In this document: piece by piece, positions 38,258-46,909 of the stretch | How positions within the stretch are numbered: position 1 is the stretch's first letter | Layout of the letters: each line of letters starts with the position of its first letter | DNA from: Candidatus Omnitrophota bacterium | GTDB lineage: Bacteria > Omnitrophota > Gorgyraeia > B26-G9 | NCBI GenBank assembly: GCA_018817165.1 | Contig: JAHITY010000101.1 | Location: 278 to 64,277, forward strand | Length of the DNA: 64,000 bases | Direction of reading: 5' to 3' | The notes under the pieces: generated by a model | The model's input: only the letters and a program-made list of their open reading frames with translations | Told to the model about the DNA's origin: nothing | Database searches by the model: none | Program-made: the position numbers and the translations under genes

Positions 38258-39283
38258 ATGTTACGGTTTATGAGTGCCGGAGAATCGCATGGGGAATGCA
38301 TGGTTGCTATTATTGAAGGTCTTCCCGCGGGTTTATATATTGATGAAAATATTATTAATCAGGATTTATTCCGCCGTCAACAGGGGTATGGCCGTGGCGG
38401 GAGAATGCAGATAGAAAGAGATACAGTTAAAATCATTACGGGTCTAAAAGCAAAAAAAACATTAGGCAGTCCGATTACTTTAATGATAAAAAATAAGGAT
38501 TTTAAAATAAATGAATTGCCGGCAATTACGCAGCCGCGGCCGGGGCATGCGGATTTAAGCGGCGCGATAAAGTATGGTTTTTCTGATATGCGTTGTGTTT
38601 TAGAGCGCGCTTCAGCGCGGGAAACAGTTGTTCGAGTTGCGGCCGGAGCAATTGCCAAGATATTTCTTAATGAATTTGGCGTGAAGTTTTCCAGCAAGGT
38701 GATAAGTGTTGGCGGAGAGAAAAACAGCAAAAAGATCAAAGATAAAATTGATTTTGCCAGAAATAAAAAAGATACTTTGGGGGGTATTTTTGAAGTTGAA
38801 ATAATAAATGTTCCGGCTGGTCTGGGCAGTTATGTGCATTATGACCGGAGGCTTGATGCCCGGCTTGCTTTAGCACTTATGTCTATTCCGGCTATTAAGG
38901 CGGTGGAATTTGGTATGGGGTTTGAGGCGGCGAATAAATTAGGGTCTCAAGTTCATGATCAGATAAGTTATTCCCCTAAAAAAGGTTTTTATCGGATGAC
39001 AAATAATGCGGGAGGGCTTGAGGGGGGGATGAGCAATGCTGAGACTATAATCGCTCGCTGCGGTATGAAACCGATCGCGACATTGGGAAATCCCTTAAAA
39101 ACCATTGATCTTAAAACTAAAAAACCAGTTAGAGCTTCTGTTCAGCGCTCTGATATATCCGCGGTTCAGGCCGCAGGGATTATTGGCGAAGCAATGAGTG
39201 CTTTGGTTATTGCTGATGCGTTTATGGAAAGATTCGGCAATGATCAGATGGGAAGAATTAAAAAAACATTTAAAATTAAATAG
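38258..39283 (+). CDS. aroC: Chorismate synthase
   Basis: GESHG, RPGHAD, ERASARET, NNAGGLEGG, MKPI. Confidence 0.96.
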   Translation: MLRFMSAGESHGECMVAIIEGLPAGLYIDENIINQDLFRRQQGYGRGGRMQIERDTVKIITGLKAKKTLGSPITLMIKNKDFKINELPAITQPRPGHADLSGAIKYGFSDMRCVLERASARETVVRVAAGAIAKIFLNEFGVKFSSKVISVGGEKNSKKIKDKIDFARNKKDTLGGIFEVEIINVPAGLGSYVHYDRRLDARLALALMSIPAIKAVEFGMGFEAANKLGSQVHDQISYSPKKGFYRMTNNAGGLEGGMSNAETIIARCGMKPIATLGNPLKTIDLKTKKPVRASVQRSDISAVQAAGIIGEAMSALVIADAFMERFGNDQMGRIKKTFKIK

Positions 39284-39293
39284 AAAATTAAAA

Positions 39294-39827
39294 ATGGAAC
39301 AAATTGTTAAGCAGGAAAAAGTAAGATTAATTATTGGGCTTATTGCTCGACAAGAATTTTTAAATATTGCCCATGATAGGTTATTAAAGGTTTTTGGAGG
39401 AATTGATTATAAAAGTGAAATTTTAGAGTTTGATTCTACGAGGTATTATGCTAACGAAATGGGCACAGGGCTTAAACGCCAATTTATAAGTTTTTCCAAC
39501 CTGATTTGCCCAGAAGAGCTTCCGAGTATAAAATTAAAAACCAATAAGATTGAAAGGGAGTTTTTTTCCAATCAGAATAATAGATTTGTAAATATTGATC
39601 CAGGATATCTTTCTCTGTCAAAATTGGTATTAGCAACCACAAAAGATCATCAGCATCGGATTTATTTGGATAAAGGGATTTTTGCTGAAGTCACTCTTCG
39701 TTATCGTGATAAGACTTTCCGCCCATGGCCGTGGACTTACGCGGATTATTGCAAGCCAGAATATATTAAAATTTTCAATTTTATCCGTAATCAATTGTTT
39801 ACTCAGAGGAATAAAACTTGTGCTTGA
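39294..39827 (+). CDS. DUF4416 family protein
   Basis: YY..EMG..L.R.F, NIDPGY, KLVLATTK..HRIYL..GI.AE, PWTY.DY. Confidence 0.85.
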   Translation: MEQIVKQEKVRLIIGLIARQEFLNIAHDRLLKVFGGIDYKSEILEFDSTRYYANEMGTGLKRQFISFSNLICPEELPSIKLKTNKIEREFFSNQNNRFVNIDPGYLSLSKLVLATTKDHQHRIYLDKGIFAEVTLRYRDKTFRPWPWTYADYCKPEYIKIFNFIRNQLFTQRNKTCA

Positions 39828-40917
39828 TGCTTTGATCGCAAAATTCAATTCAAACAGAAAAACCATTTTTAGCGCGCTTGAGATTATTTGTGCAATTGTG
39901 TATCTTTTTATTATGGCGTATGGGTTTTCCCGTCCTTTGCGCGATGCTGTAGGTCTGATGACGGGAAACTCGATTATTGTAATAACTTTATACTTTTCTG
40001 TATTTTATACCCTATATTTTATTTTTTCTTTGCCCTTGAAATATTTTCAGAATTTAGCGTATATAAGGGCTAATAGTTTTGTCGAGTGGCTGCAGGTTGT
40101 ATCTAAAAAGGAAATCAGCGTGTTTTTTGTAATGTTTTTTGTTGTGCAGGTTATCTACTTTTTTCTGGAGACTGATGTCTTCTGGTGGTGGATGCCAGTA
40201 TCCTTTTTATGTATTGCTTCGCTTTATACTTGGGAACTTGCTCCTAAATATTTAGCTACTTTGTTTTTTAAGGCCAAAGCTTTAGCTCCTTCAGCATTTA
40301 AACAGCGACTTATTGAATTAGCTGCTTTGGGGGATATGAAAGTTATTGAGGTGTTTTCTCTGGCTTATGCTAAATCAGAAGTGGTTTTTATCGGACAATC
40401 GCCTGAGCGCAAGTTAATCCTTAGCGAAAAAATTATGGCTTATTCTCCAGAGGAAATAGAAATACTTGTTGCCCGAGAAACGGCGGAGCATTATTATGGA
40501 CATATTCGCTTTAAATTAATTATTCAAGCATTGGTTATTCTGCTTTCTTTTTTTATAGTTAATTTTGTATTTAAACCAACAGCTAATTATTTTGGTTTTG
40601 AATTTATATTTGATATTGAGACCTTACCTGTTTTGACTGGTATTTTATATATTGTATTTGTGCTAATGTCTTTGATTCAAAATCATTATTTGCGTTCTAT
40701 GGTTGAACAATCCGATATGTATGTACTCAAGGCGACCCAAGCTCCCGCGGCTTTTATTTCTTTGCTTTTTCGTCAGCAGGATAATGAAAATAAACAGACA
40801 ATAAATTATTTTTCAAGCCGAATTTTAAATGGCAGCATTTCGGATATTAAACGGATCACTTGCGCTCAGGACTATGCGCAGGCAATGGCATTAAAAGAAA
40901 AAGGCAAACAAAAATGA
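39820..40917 (+). CDS. M48/Ste24-like membrane protein with degenerate Zn motif
   Basis: Multi-TM layout; EEIEILVARETAEH..GH in place of HExxH; GTG start 39820 after GAGGA. Confidence 0.65.
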   Translation: MLDALIAKFNSNRKTIFSALEIICAIVYLFIMAYGFSRPLRDAVGLMTGNSIIVITLYFSVFYTLYFIFSLPLKYFQNLAYIRANSFVEWLQVVSKKEISVFFVMFFVVQVIYFFLETDVFWWWMPVSFLCIASLYTWELAPKYLATLFFKAKALAPSAFKQRLIELAALGDMKVIEVFSLAYAKSEVVFIGQSPERKLILSEKIMAYSPEEIEILVARETAEHYYGHIRFKLIIQALVILLSFFIVNFVFKPTANYFGFEFIFDIETLPVLTGILYIVFVLMSLIQNHYLRSMVEQSDMYVLKATQAPAAFISLLFRQQDNENKQTINYFSSRILNGSISDIKRITCAQDYAQAMALKEKGKQK

Positions 40918-42128
40918 TTTTTAATTTAACGGAATTTATTATTAAAAAAGCAAATCTTTCCGGCCAAGACAGTCAAGATCCTGCTGTCCGGGCCCGTTTT
41001 GGTTATTTGGAGGGCTGGATCAGTCTGGGGATAAACTTTTTTATTTTCTTGCTTAAGTTAGGCATGGGAATGATCAGCGGCAGTATTAGTATTATTGCTG
41101 ACGCGGTTCATACGATTTCTGATGTGGCCACTTCCGCTGTTGTTATCTGGGGTTTTAAAATCGCTCAAAAACCAGCCGATAAAGATCATCCTTTTGGCCA
41201 TGGAAGAATGGAGGATATTGCTACACTGATTATTGCTGTTGTTTTGACTCTAGTGGGTTTGGAATTATTGCATGGCGCGGTTTTAAGAATATTTAAACCG
41301 ATTGCTGTTGCCGGAAAACCTTTGTTTATAATATTTCTCGGGATAACTGTGGTGATCAAAGAATGGTTAGCTAGATTTTCCTTTTATCTGGGTCAGAAAA
41401 TTAAATCAAAAGCTCTAGCTGCCGATGCGTGGCATCACCGCAGTGATGCGATTTCAACTATATTGGTAATTATCGCGGTTATCGGATCAATGTTTAAAGT
41501 GTTTTGGCTGGATGCTTTTTTTGGGGCAATTGTTGCTTTGTATATTATGTTTATGGGGATACAGCTTGTTCGGGAATCGACTTTTCATCTTTTAGGTAAA
41601 GCAGCTGATAAAGAATTGATCGCGCTGATTAAAAAAATTGCTTTGTCGGTTGTCGGGGTTGAAGGCGTGCATGATATTATTGCCCATGATTATGGACAGC
41701 TGAAGGCAATTTCTCTGCATGTAGAAGTAGATATTACTTTGGATTCTGTGCGGGCACATCAGATCGCTACTTCAGTAGAAACCTTGATTGCTAAAAATAT
41801 TAAATCTAGTCCGATTGTCCATATAGATTTAAAAAGAATGATTCAGGAAAAAAAATCAGATGCCGCTAAAATGCTGGACCAGGTTTTTAAAAAATATCCC
41901 GAAGTGATAAATTTCCATAGTTTTGAATTGCTGAGTAATGAGAGTGGTGATTTTATGAGCTTGCATGTGGTAATTTCTAAGTCGATGAGTGTCGATCAGG
42001 CGCATCATTTAGAACATCAATTAGCGGAATCATTGAATAGTAATTTTAAAAATAGAACAATTAATATTCATATTGAACCTTGTGATTCAAAATGTGCTTT
42101 ATGTTCATTGGATTGTAAAGATATTTAA
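40914..42128 (+). CDS. Cation diffusion facilitator with duplicated C-terminal domain
   Basis: ADAVHTISD, HPFGHGR.E, AWHHRSD; two C-terminal dimerisation-type domains; Cys-rich tail. Confidence 0.92.
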   Translation: MIFNLTEFIIKKANLSGQDSQDPAVRARFGYLEGWISLGINFFIFLLKLGMGMISGSISIIADAVHTISDVATSAVVIWGFKIAQKPADKDHPFGHGRMEDIATLIIAVVLTLVGLELLHGAVLRIFKPIAVAGKPLFIIFLGITVVIKEWLARFSFYLGQKIKSKALAADAWHHRSDAISTILVIIAVIGSMFKVFWLDAFFGAIVALYIMFMGIQLVRESTFHLLGKAADKELIALIKKIALSVVGVEGVHDIIAHDYGQLKAISLHVEVDITLDSVRAHQIATSVETLIAKNIKSSPIVHIDLKRMIQEKKSDAAKMLDQVFKKYPEVINFHSFELLSNESGDFMSLHVVISKSMSVDQAHHLEHQLAESLNSNFKNRTINIHIEPCDSKCALCSLDCKDI

Positions 42129-42145
42129 GATGCAAGAACATGACC

Positions 42146-42242
42146 GTATCGCGTATTGAGTATTGCGTATTGAGTCTAAATATAAAACAAAAGCAAAAAA
42201 TAGTTCTTTTTGCGCAATACGCGATACGCACGACGCAATACG
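42146..42242. repeat. Inverted heptamer arrays around an A/T-rich spacer
   Basis: Left GTATCGC GTATTGA GTATTGC GTATTGA; right GCAATAC GCGATAC GCACGAC GCAATAC. Confidence 0.88.
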
Positions 42243-42262
42243 GGAAATAGAAAAGAGAGATA

Positions 42263-43177
42263 ATGGAAAAAAATAAAAGTTTTAAATCAGGTTATGTGGC
42301 TTTAATGGGTAAACCTAATGTGGGAAAATCAACACTATTAAATTATTTTTTAGCGGAAAAATTATCAATTATTTCGGATAAGCCCCAAACAACGCGGGAT
42401 GCGATTTTAGGCATTCTCAGTGATGAACAATCGCAAATAATTTTTGTCGATACTCCCGGAGTGCATAAACCTTTAACAAATCTAGGGCAGTGCATGGTTA
42501 GAAGCGCTTTGGGGGCAGTGGAAGACGCGGATATTGTAATTTTAATTATTGACGCGGAAAGCGGAATAACAAAAGCGGATCAGCATATTTTTAAAACTTT
42601 AAAAGAAAAAAAAATAGCAGATAATTGTCGCTGGGCAGCTGTGCTGATCAATAAAATTGATTTAATTCCCAAGGAAAATATTCTTGCTTTGCTTGATGCT
42701 TGCAGTAGGCAAATATCTTTTGATGATTATATTCCTGTTTCAGGAAAGACGGGAGAAAATTGCGCATTAGTTTTAGAAAAGATCAAAGAGAAATTGCCCG
42801 AAGGTCCTGAATATTTTCCTAATGATCAGCTAACTGATAAGAATGAACGCTTTGTAGTGGCTGAACTTATTCGTGAACAGGTTTTATGTTTGTGTCGGGA
42901 AGAGATCCCGCATTCTGTGGCAGTTGAGGTGCATAAATTCGCGGATAATCCTGGCCGAAAAACACTTATTCAGGCAACCATTTTTCTGGAAAGAGATGCT
43001 CAGAAAAAAATTGTAATCGGCAGTCAAGGGAAAATGCTTAAAAATATTGGTTCAGCAGCCAGAACTAATATTGAGGAGTTTATTGGCAGAAAAGTTTATT
43101 TAGAATTATGGGTGAAAGTGCAGGATAATTGGCGTAAAGATGAAAGTTTTTTGCGGCGTTTAGGTTATGAAAAATAG
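42263..43177 (+). CDS. era: GTPase Era
   Basis: GKPNVGKST, PQTTR, DTPG, NKID, KH domain. Confidence 0.97.
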   Translation: MEKNKSFKSGYVALMGKPNVGKSTLLNYFLAEKLSIISDKPQTTRDAILGILSDEQSQIIFVDTPGVHKPLTNLGQCMVRSALGAVEDADIVILIIDAESGITKADQHIFKTLKEKKIADNCRWAAVLINKIDLIPKENILALLDACSRQISFDDYIPVSGKTGENCALVLEKIKEKLPEGPEYFPNDQLTDKNERFVVAELIREQVLCLCREEIPHSVAVEVHKFADNPGRKTLIQATIFLERDAQKKIVIGSQGKMLKNIGSAARTNIEEFIGRKVYLELWVKVQDNWRKDESFLRRLGYEK

Positions 43178-43197
43178 TAAATGGGGTAATATTTATA

Positions 43198-43225
43198 TTG
43201 ACATAGTAAACCGGCACTGTAAAAT
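43198..43225 (+). promoter_or_regulatory. Putative sigma70 promoter of the hydrogenase operon
   Basis: TTGACA-N16-TAAAAT. Confidence 0.55.
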
Positions 43226-43275
43226 GTAGACAAAGGTTTCATATTTAATAGGGGATTTATAACAAGGAGGGGATA

Positions 43276-44205
43276 ATGAAACTTACCCGCAGACAATTCC
43301 TCAAGATATTTGGGGCTTCAGCTGTTGGCGCAGGGATTACGAGCTTGTATAATCCTGGATTAATTGAGGCTTTAGCTGCCGATGATGGAAAACCACCGGT
43401 TATTTGGATTCAAGGTTCAGGTTGCAACGGCTGTTCAGTATCACTTTTAAATACTGTGCATCCCAAAATTTCGGAAGTTTTATTACAGATCATAAGCTTA
43501 AGGTATCATCCTACTGTAATGGCTGGTACTGGAAAAACTGCTTTTGATGTTATCTACGAAGTGGCCGAAGAATTTAAGGGCAAATATATCGTTGTTCTCG
43601 AAGGCGGAATTCCTACCGCGGAAGAGGGTGGATATTGCACTGTTGGAGAGCATAATGGCCATCATGTTAAATTAACAGATTTGATTGATTTTCTGGCGCC
43701 TAATGCCGCTGCTTTGGTTGCTGTAGGAACTTGTGCTACTTTTGGCGGAATTCCTAAAGGCAAGCCTAATCCTACCGGGGTTAAAGGTTTTGCCGAATAT
43801 ACTGGCAAAACAGTAGTTAATGTCTCGGGGTGTCCAGCCCATCCTGATTGGATTGTCGGAACTCTGGTTCATGTTCTGCTGTTCGGCATGCCTGAATTGG
43901 ATAAGCATAATAGACCGAAATTGTTTTATGGTAAAAATCTCCACGATAATTGTCCAAATTATTCCTATTTTGCGAATGGTAAATTCGCGGAAAAATTAAG
44001 TGATGACGGTTGTTTGATAAATATTGGCTGTAAAGGGCCAATGGCTTATGCTGATTGTCCTCTGCGTCATTGGAATAGCGGCGTAAACTGGTGCATCGGA
44101 TCTGGGACAGGATGTATTGCCTGTACTGAGCCGAATTTTCCCGATGCTGCTTCGCCGATGTACGCTAAATTACCTGAAGATATGATTCCTAACCGAATAG
44201 TTTAA
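43276..44205 (+). CDS. [NiFe] hydrogenase small subunit, Tat-exported
   Basis: TRRQFLK Tat motif; CNGC, GTCA, GCP, HDNC, GCKGP, WC...CIAC; no C-terminal TM anchor. Confidence 0.95.
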   Translation: MKLTRRQFLKIFGASAVGAGITSLYNPGLIEALAADDGKPPVIWIQGSGCNGCSVSLLNTVHPKISEVLLQIISLRYHPTVMAGTGKTAFDVIYEVAEEFKGKYIVVLEGGIPTAEEGGYCTVGEHNGHHVKLTDLIDFLAPNAAALVAVGTCATFGGIPKGKPNPTGVKGFAEYTGKTVVNVSGCPAHPDWIVGTLVHVLLFGMPELDKHNRPKLFYGKNLHDNCPNYSYFANGKFAEKLSDDGCLINIGCKGPMAYADCPLRHWNSGVNWCIGSGTGCIACTEPNFPDAASPMYAKLPEDMIPNRIV

Positions 44206-44225
44206 TAAGATAAAAGGAGCTGGCC

Positions 44226-45638
44226 ATGGCCAAACAAACCATAAGTATTGATCCGATTACCCGAATTGAAGGGCATCTTAAAATAGAAGTTGATGTGGAT
44301 AATGGAAAAGTCATTGATGCGCGTTCGATTGGAACATTGTTTCGAGGTTTTGAAACCATATTAAAGGGTAGAGACCCGAGAGATGCTCAGATGATAACTC
44401 AGCGAATCTGCGGAGTTTGTCCGATTAGTCATGGGATTGCCGCTACGCTGAATCTTGATTCAGCTTTTAATGTAACTCCGCCATCAAATGGCAGGATTGT
44501 GCGGAATCTAATTCTGAGCGGTAATTATCTTCAGTCGCATATATTGCATTTTTACCATCTTGCGGCGCTTGATTTTGTTACCGGTCCGGATGTAGCTCCA
44601 TTTGTTCCCAGATACAAAGGAGATTACTTATTGCCTAAAAAAGTTAATGATGCGGCAGTTGAGCATTATATTCAGGCTTTGGCTATGCGGATGAAAGCGC
44701 ATGAATTAACCGCCTTGTGGTCAGGAAAGGTTCCCATGGCGCAGTCGATAACGCCGGGTGGAGTTTCCCAAAAAGTGTCTGTGGATAGAATAGCCTCAAC
44801 TTTATGGCGAATCCGTGAACTCAAAGAATTTATAAAAAATGTTTATATCCCGGATGTTTTAGCGATTGCTGATGTATATAAAGACTATGGTAATGTGGGT
44901 ATTGGTTATAAAAACTTTTTGTCTTTTGGGGTTTTTGCTGAAGATGACGCGCAAACAGAATTTTTGTTTAAGCCAGGACGCTATACTGCGGATCTTGATT
45001 TGGATGTTAATTCGCAAAAGATTACCGAAGATGTTGAATTTTCCTGGTATAAAAAAGAAATCGGGAGAAAACATCCTTCTGAGGGGCAGACTGATCCGGA
45101 TATGCACAAAGAAAATGCTTATTCATGGGTAAAAGCGCCGCGTTATGATGGTATCCCTCACGAAGTAGGCCCATTGGCCAGAATGTGGATCAATGGAGAT
45201 TATCGAAAAGGTGCTTCGCTTTTAGATCGTCATGCAGCGCGTGCTTTGGAAACTCTCAAAGTTGCTGAGGCCATGGAAAAGTGGGTATTGCAATTAAAAC
45301 CGGGTGAGCCGGTTTTTACGCCTTTTGAAATTCCGGCTAATGCTCAAGGCATGGGTTTAACCGAAGCTCCGCGGGGTGCGCTGGGTCATTGGATAAAAAT
45401 CGAAAATAAAAAAATAGCTAATTACCAGGCAGTTGTCCCTTCTACTTGGAATTTAAGTCCGAAAGATGAGGATTTTCAGCGTGGTCCGGTTGAGGAAGCT
45501 TTGATTGGTTGCCCGGTGCCGGACGCGGATAATCCAATCAATGTAGCAAGAATTGTCCGTTCTTTTGATCCTTGCCTGGCTTGTGCGGTTCATTTGACAA
45601 AACCAAATGGGGAAATTAAAAAATTTAGAGTTTGCTAG
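44226..45638 (+). CDS. [NiFe] hydrogenase large subunit (group 1a-like, Cys form)
   Basis: RIEGH, L1 RICGVCPISH, L2 DPCLACAVH plus cleavable tail. Confidence 0.96.
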   Translation: MAKQTISIDPITRIEGHLKIEVDVDNGKVIDARSIGTLFRGFETILKGRDPRDAQMITQRICGVCPISHGIAATLNLDSAFNVTPPSNGRIVRNLILSGNYLQSHILHFYHLAALDFVTGPDVAPFVPRYKGDYLLPKKVNDAAVEHYIQALAMRMKAHELTALWSGKVPMAQSITPGGVSQKVSVDRIASTLWRIRELKEFIKNVYIPDVLAIADVYKDYGNVGIGYKNFLSFGVFAEDDAQTEFLFKPGRYTADLDLDVNSQKITEDVEFSWYKKEIGRKHPSEGQTDPDMHKENAYSWVKAPRYDGIPHEVGPLARMWINGDYRKGASLLDRHAARALETLKVAEAMEKWVLQLKPGEPVFTPFEIPANAQGMGLTEAPRGALGHWIKIENKKIANYQAVVPSTWNLSPKDEDFQRGPVEEALIGCPVPDADNPINVARIVRSFDPCLACAVHLTKPNGEIKKFRVC

Positions 45639-45674
45639 AATAAAATAATTTAAGCTTAAGAATTTGGGTGTTTT

Positions 45675-46130
45675 TTGTTTAAGAAAAAAATAACAATATT
45701 AGGAATTGGTAATTTATTACTCAAAGATGAAGGTGTGGGGATTCACGCGATTGAGGCATTAAAAAAAGAATCGCTGCCTGATAATGTTGAGCTTGTAGAC
45801 GGAGCGGCCTCAGGATTTGATTTATTGCCGATAATTGAGCAATGTGATAAGTTGATTGTAATTGACGCGATCAAGACAGCTGAGCCGGCGGGGACAATAT
45901 ATCAATTTGATCCCAAGCAGATCGATGTTGAACGAGATTTAAATATGTCACTGCATGATGTTGATTTTTTTCAAGTGCTTGAATTTGCCAGTAAACATAA
46001 GTGGTTACCAGAGATATTAATGATCGGGATTGTTCCGAATGAGATTTGTTTGAGTATGGAGCTGTCGGATATTATTAAAGCTAAAATGCCGAAGATTGTA
46101 GATTTGGTTAAGCAAGCAATAGCGGCTTAG
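45675..46130 (+). CDS. Hydrogenase maturation protease (HyaD/HybD family)
   Basis: GIGNLLLKDEGVG, DGA, IDA, SLH. Confidence 0.92.
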   Translation: MFKKKITILGIGNLLLKDEGVGIHAIEALKKESLPDNVELVDGAASGFDLLPIIEQCDKLIVIDAIKTAEPAGTIYQFDPKQIDVERDLNMSLHDVDFFQVLEFASKHKWLPEILMIGIVPNEICLSMELSDIIKAKMPKIVDLVKQAIAA

Positions 46131-46181
46131 CGTTATATTTTTATTCGATTATTATGGAGTTTTAAAGAAAGGAGTATTTTT

Positions 46182-46619
46182 TTGAAAAAAGTGATATTTC
46201 TGGTATTTGTTATCGGATTTTTATTTATGTTTAATTATAATTATGCCTCGGCGGAAGGTAATACTATTGAGTATGTTGGGGTTGAGCAATGCGCGGGCTG
46301 TCATCCCGCGGAATATCAGGATTATAAGCAGCGTAAATTTAATAAGTCCTGGCGGGTATTAAAAATGCGTGGGGCGGATAAAGATGAAAAATGCTTAAAA
46401 TGTCATGTTACCGGTTTTGGACAGGGCGGTTTTATTAGTGAAGAGAAAACTCCTCATTTAGTCGGTAAACAATGCGAAGCATGTCATGGGCCCGGGGGTA
46501 ATCATGTAAGTAATCCGGTTGACGCGGATTTTAAAAAACAGATGAGTGTAGTTAGTAAGCAAAATATCTGTATTGAATGTCATGCGTGCATGACTACGCA
46601 TAAATCAAATGATTTTTAA
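46182..46619 (+). CDS. Periplasmic tetraheme c-type cytochrome (c554/c552-like)
   Basis: Signal peptide; YVG..CAGCH, CLKCH, CEACHGPG, CIECH. Confidence 0.9.
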   Translation: MKKVIFLVFVIGFLFMFNYNYASAEGNTIEYVGVEQCAGCHPAEYQDYKQRKFNKSWRVLKMRGADKDEKCLKCHVTGFGQGGFISEEKTPHLVGKQCEACHGPGGNHVSNPVDADFKKQMSVVSKQNICIECHACMTTHKSNDF

Positions 46620-46644
46620 ATGAATATTTAGTCATCAAAATATA

Positions 46645-46673
46645 TTGACAATAGTTTTTATTTATGTTAATTT
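46645..46673 (+). promoter_or_regulatory. Putative sigma70 promoter of the beta-barrel gene
   Basis: TTGACA-N17-TAATTT with extended -10 TG. Confidence 0.5.
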
Positions 46674-46909
46674 AATGATATATGTAATGTGCCGTAATTG
46701 GAGAGGTTTTCTGAGTAAAGGCTGAATTCATCATATATAACTTTAATCTGGCGACAAGGAGGTGGGGGAAAATAGAGCCTGGAGTTATAATCATATGGTG
46801 ATAATGGAATAAAATAGAAATAACCTGGGCAACTATAGACAAATTAATATCTGTAGACCTAGTTGGACAAATAAATCAAATTAAATTATTTCCTAAGGAG
46901 GAAAATATA

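Noticed and set aside
40914-42128. Magnetosome MamB/MamM
   Set aside because: Generic CDF motifs and no other mam genes; the actin-like protein here is FtsA-like, not MamK-like
43180-43275. NikR operator at the hydrogenase promoter
   Set aside because: No convincing GTATGA-N16-TCATAC-like dyad seen by eye
45560-45600. Selenocysteine in the hydrogenase L2 motif
   Set aside because: The codon is TGC (Cys) and the ORF is uninterrupted
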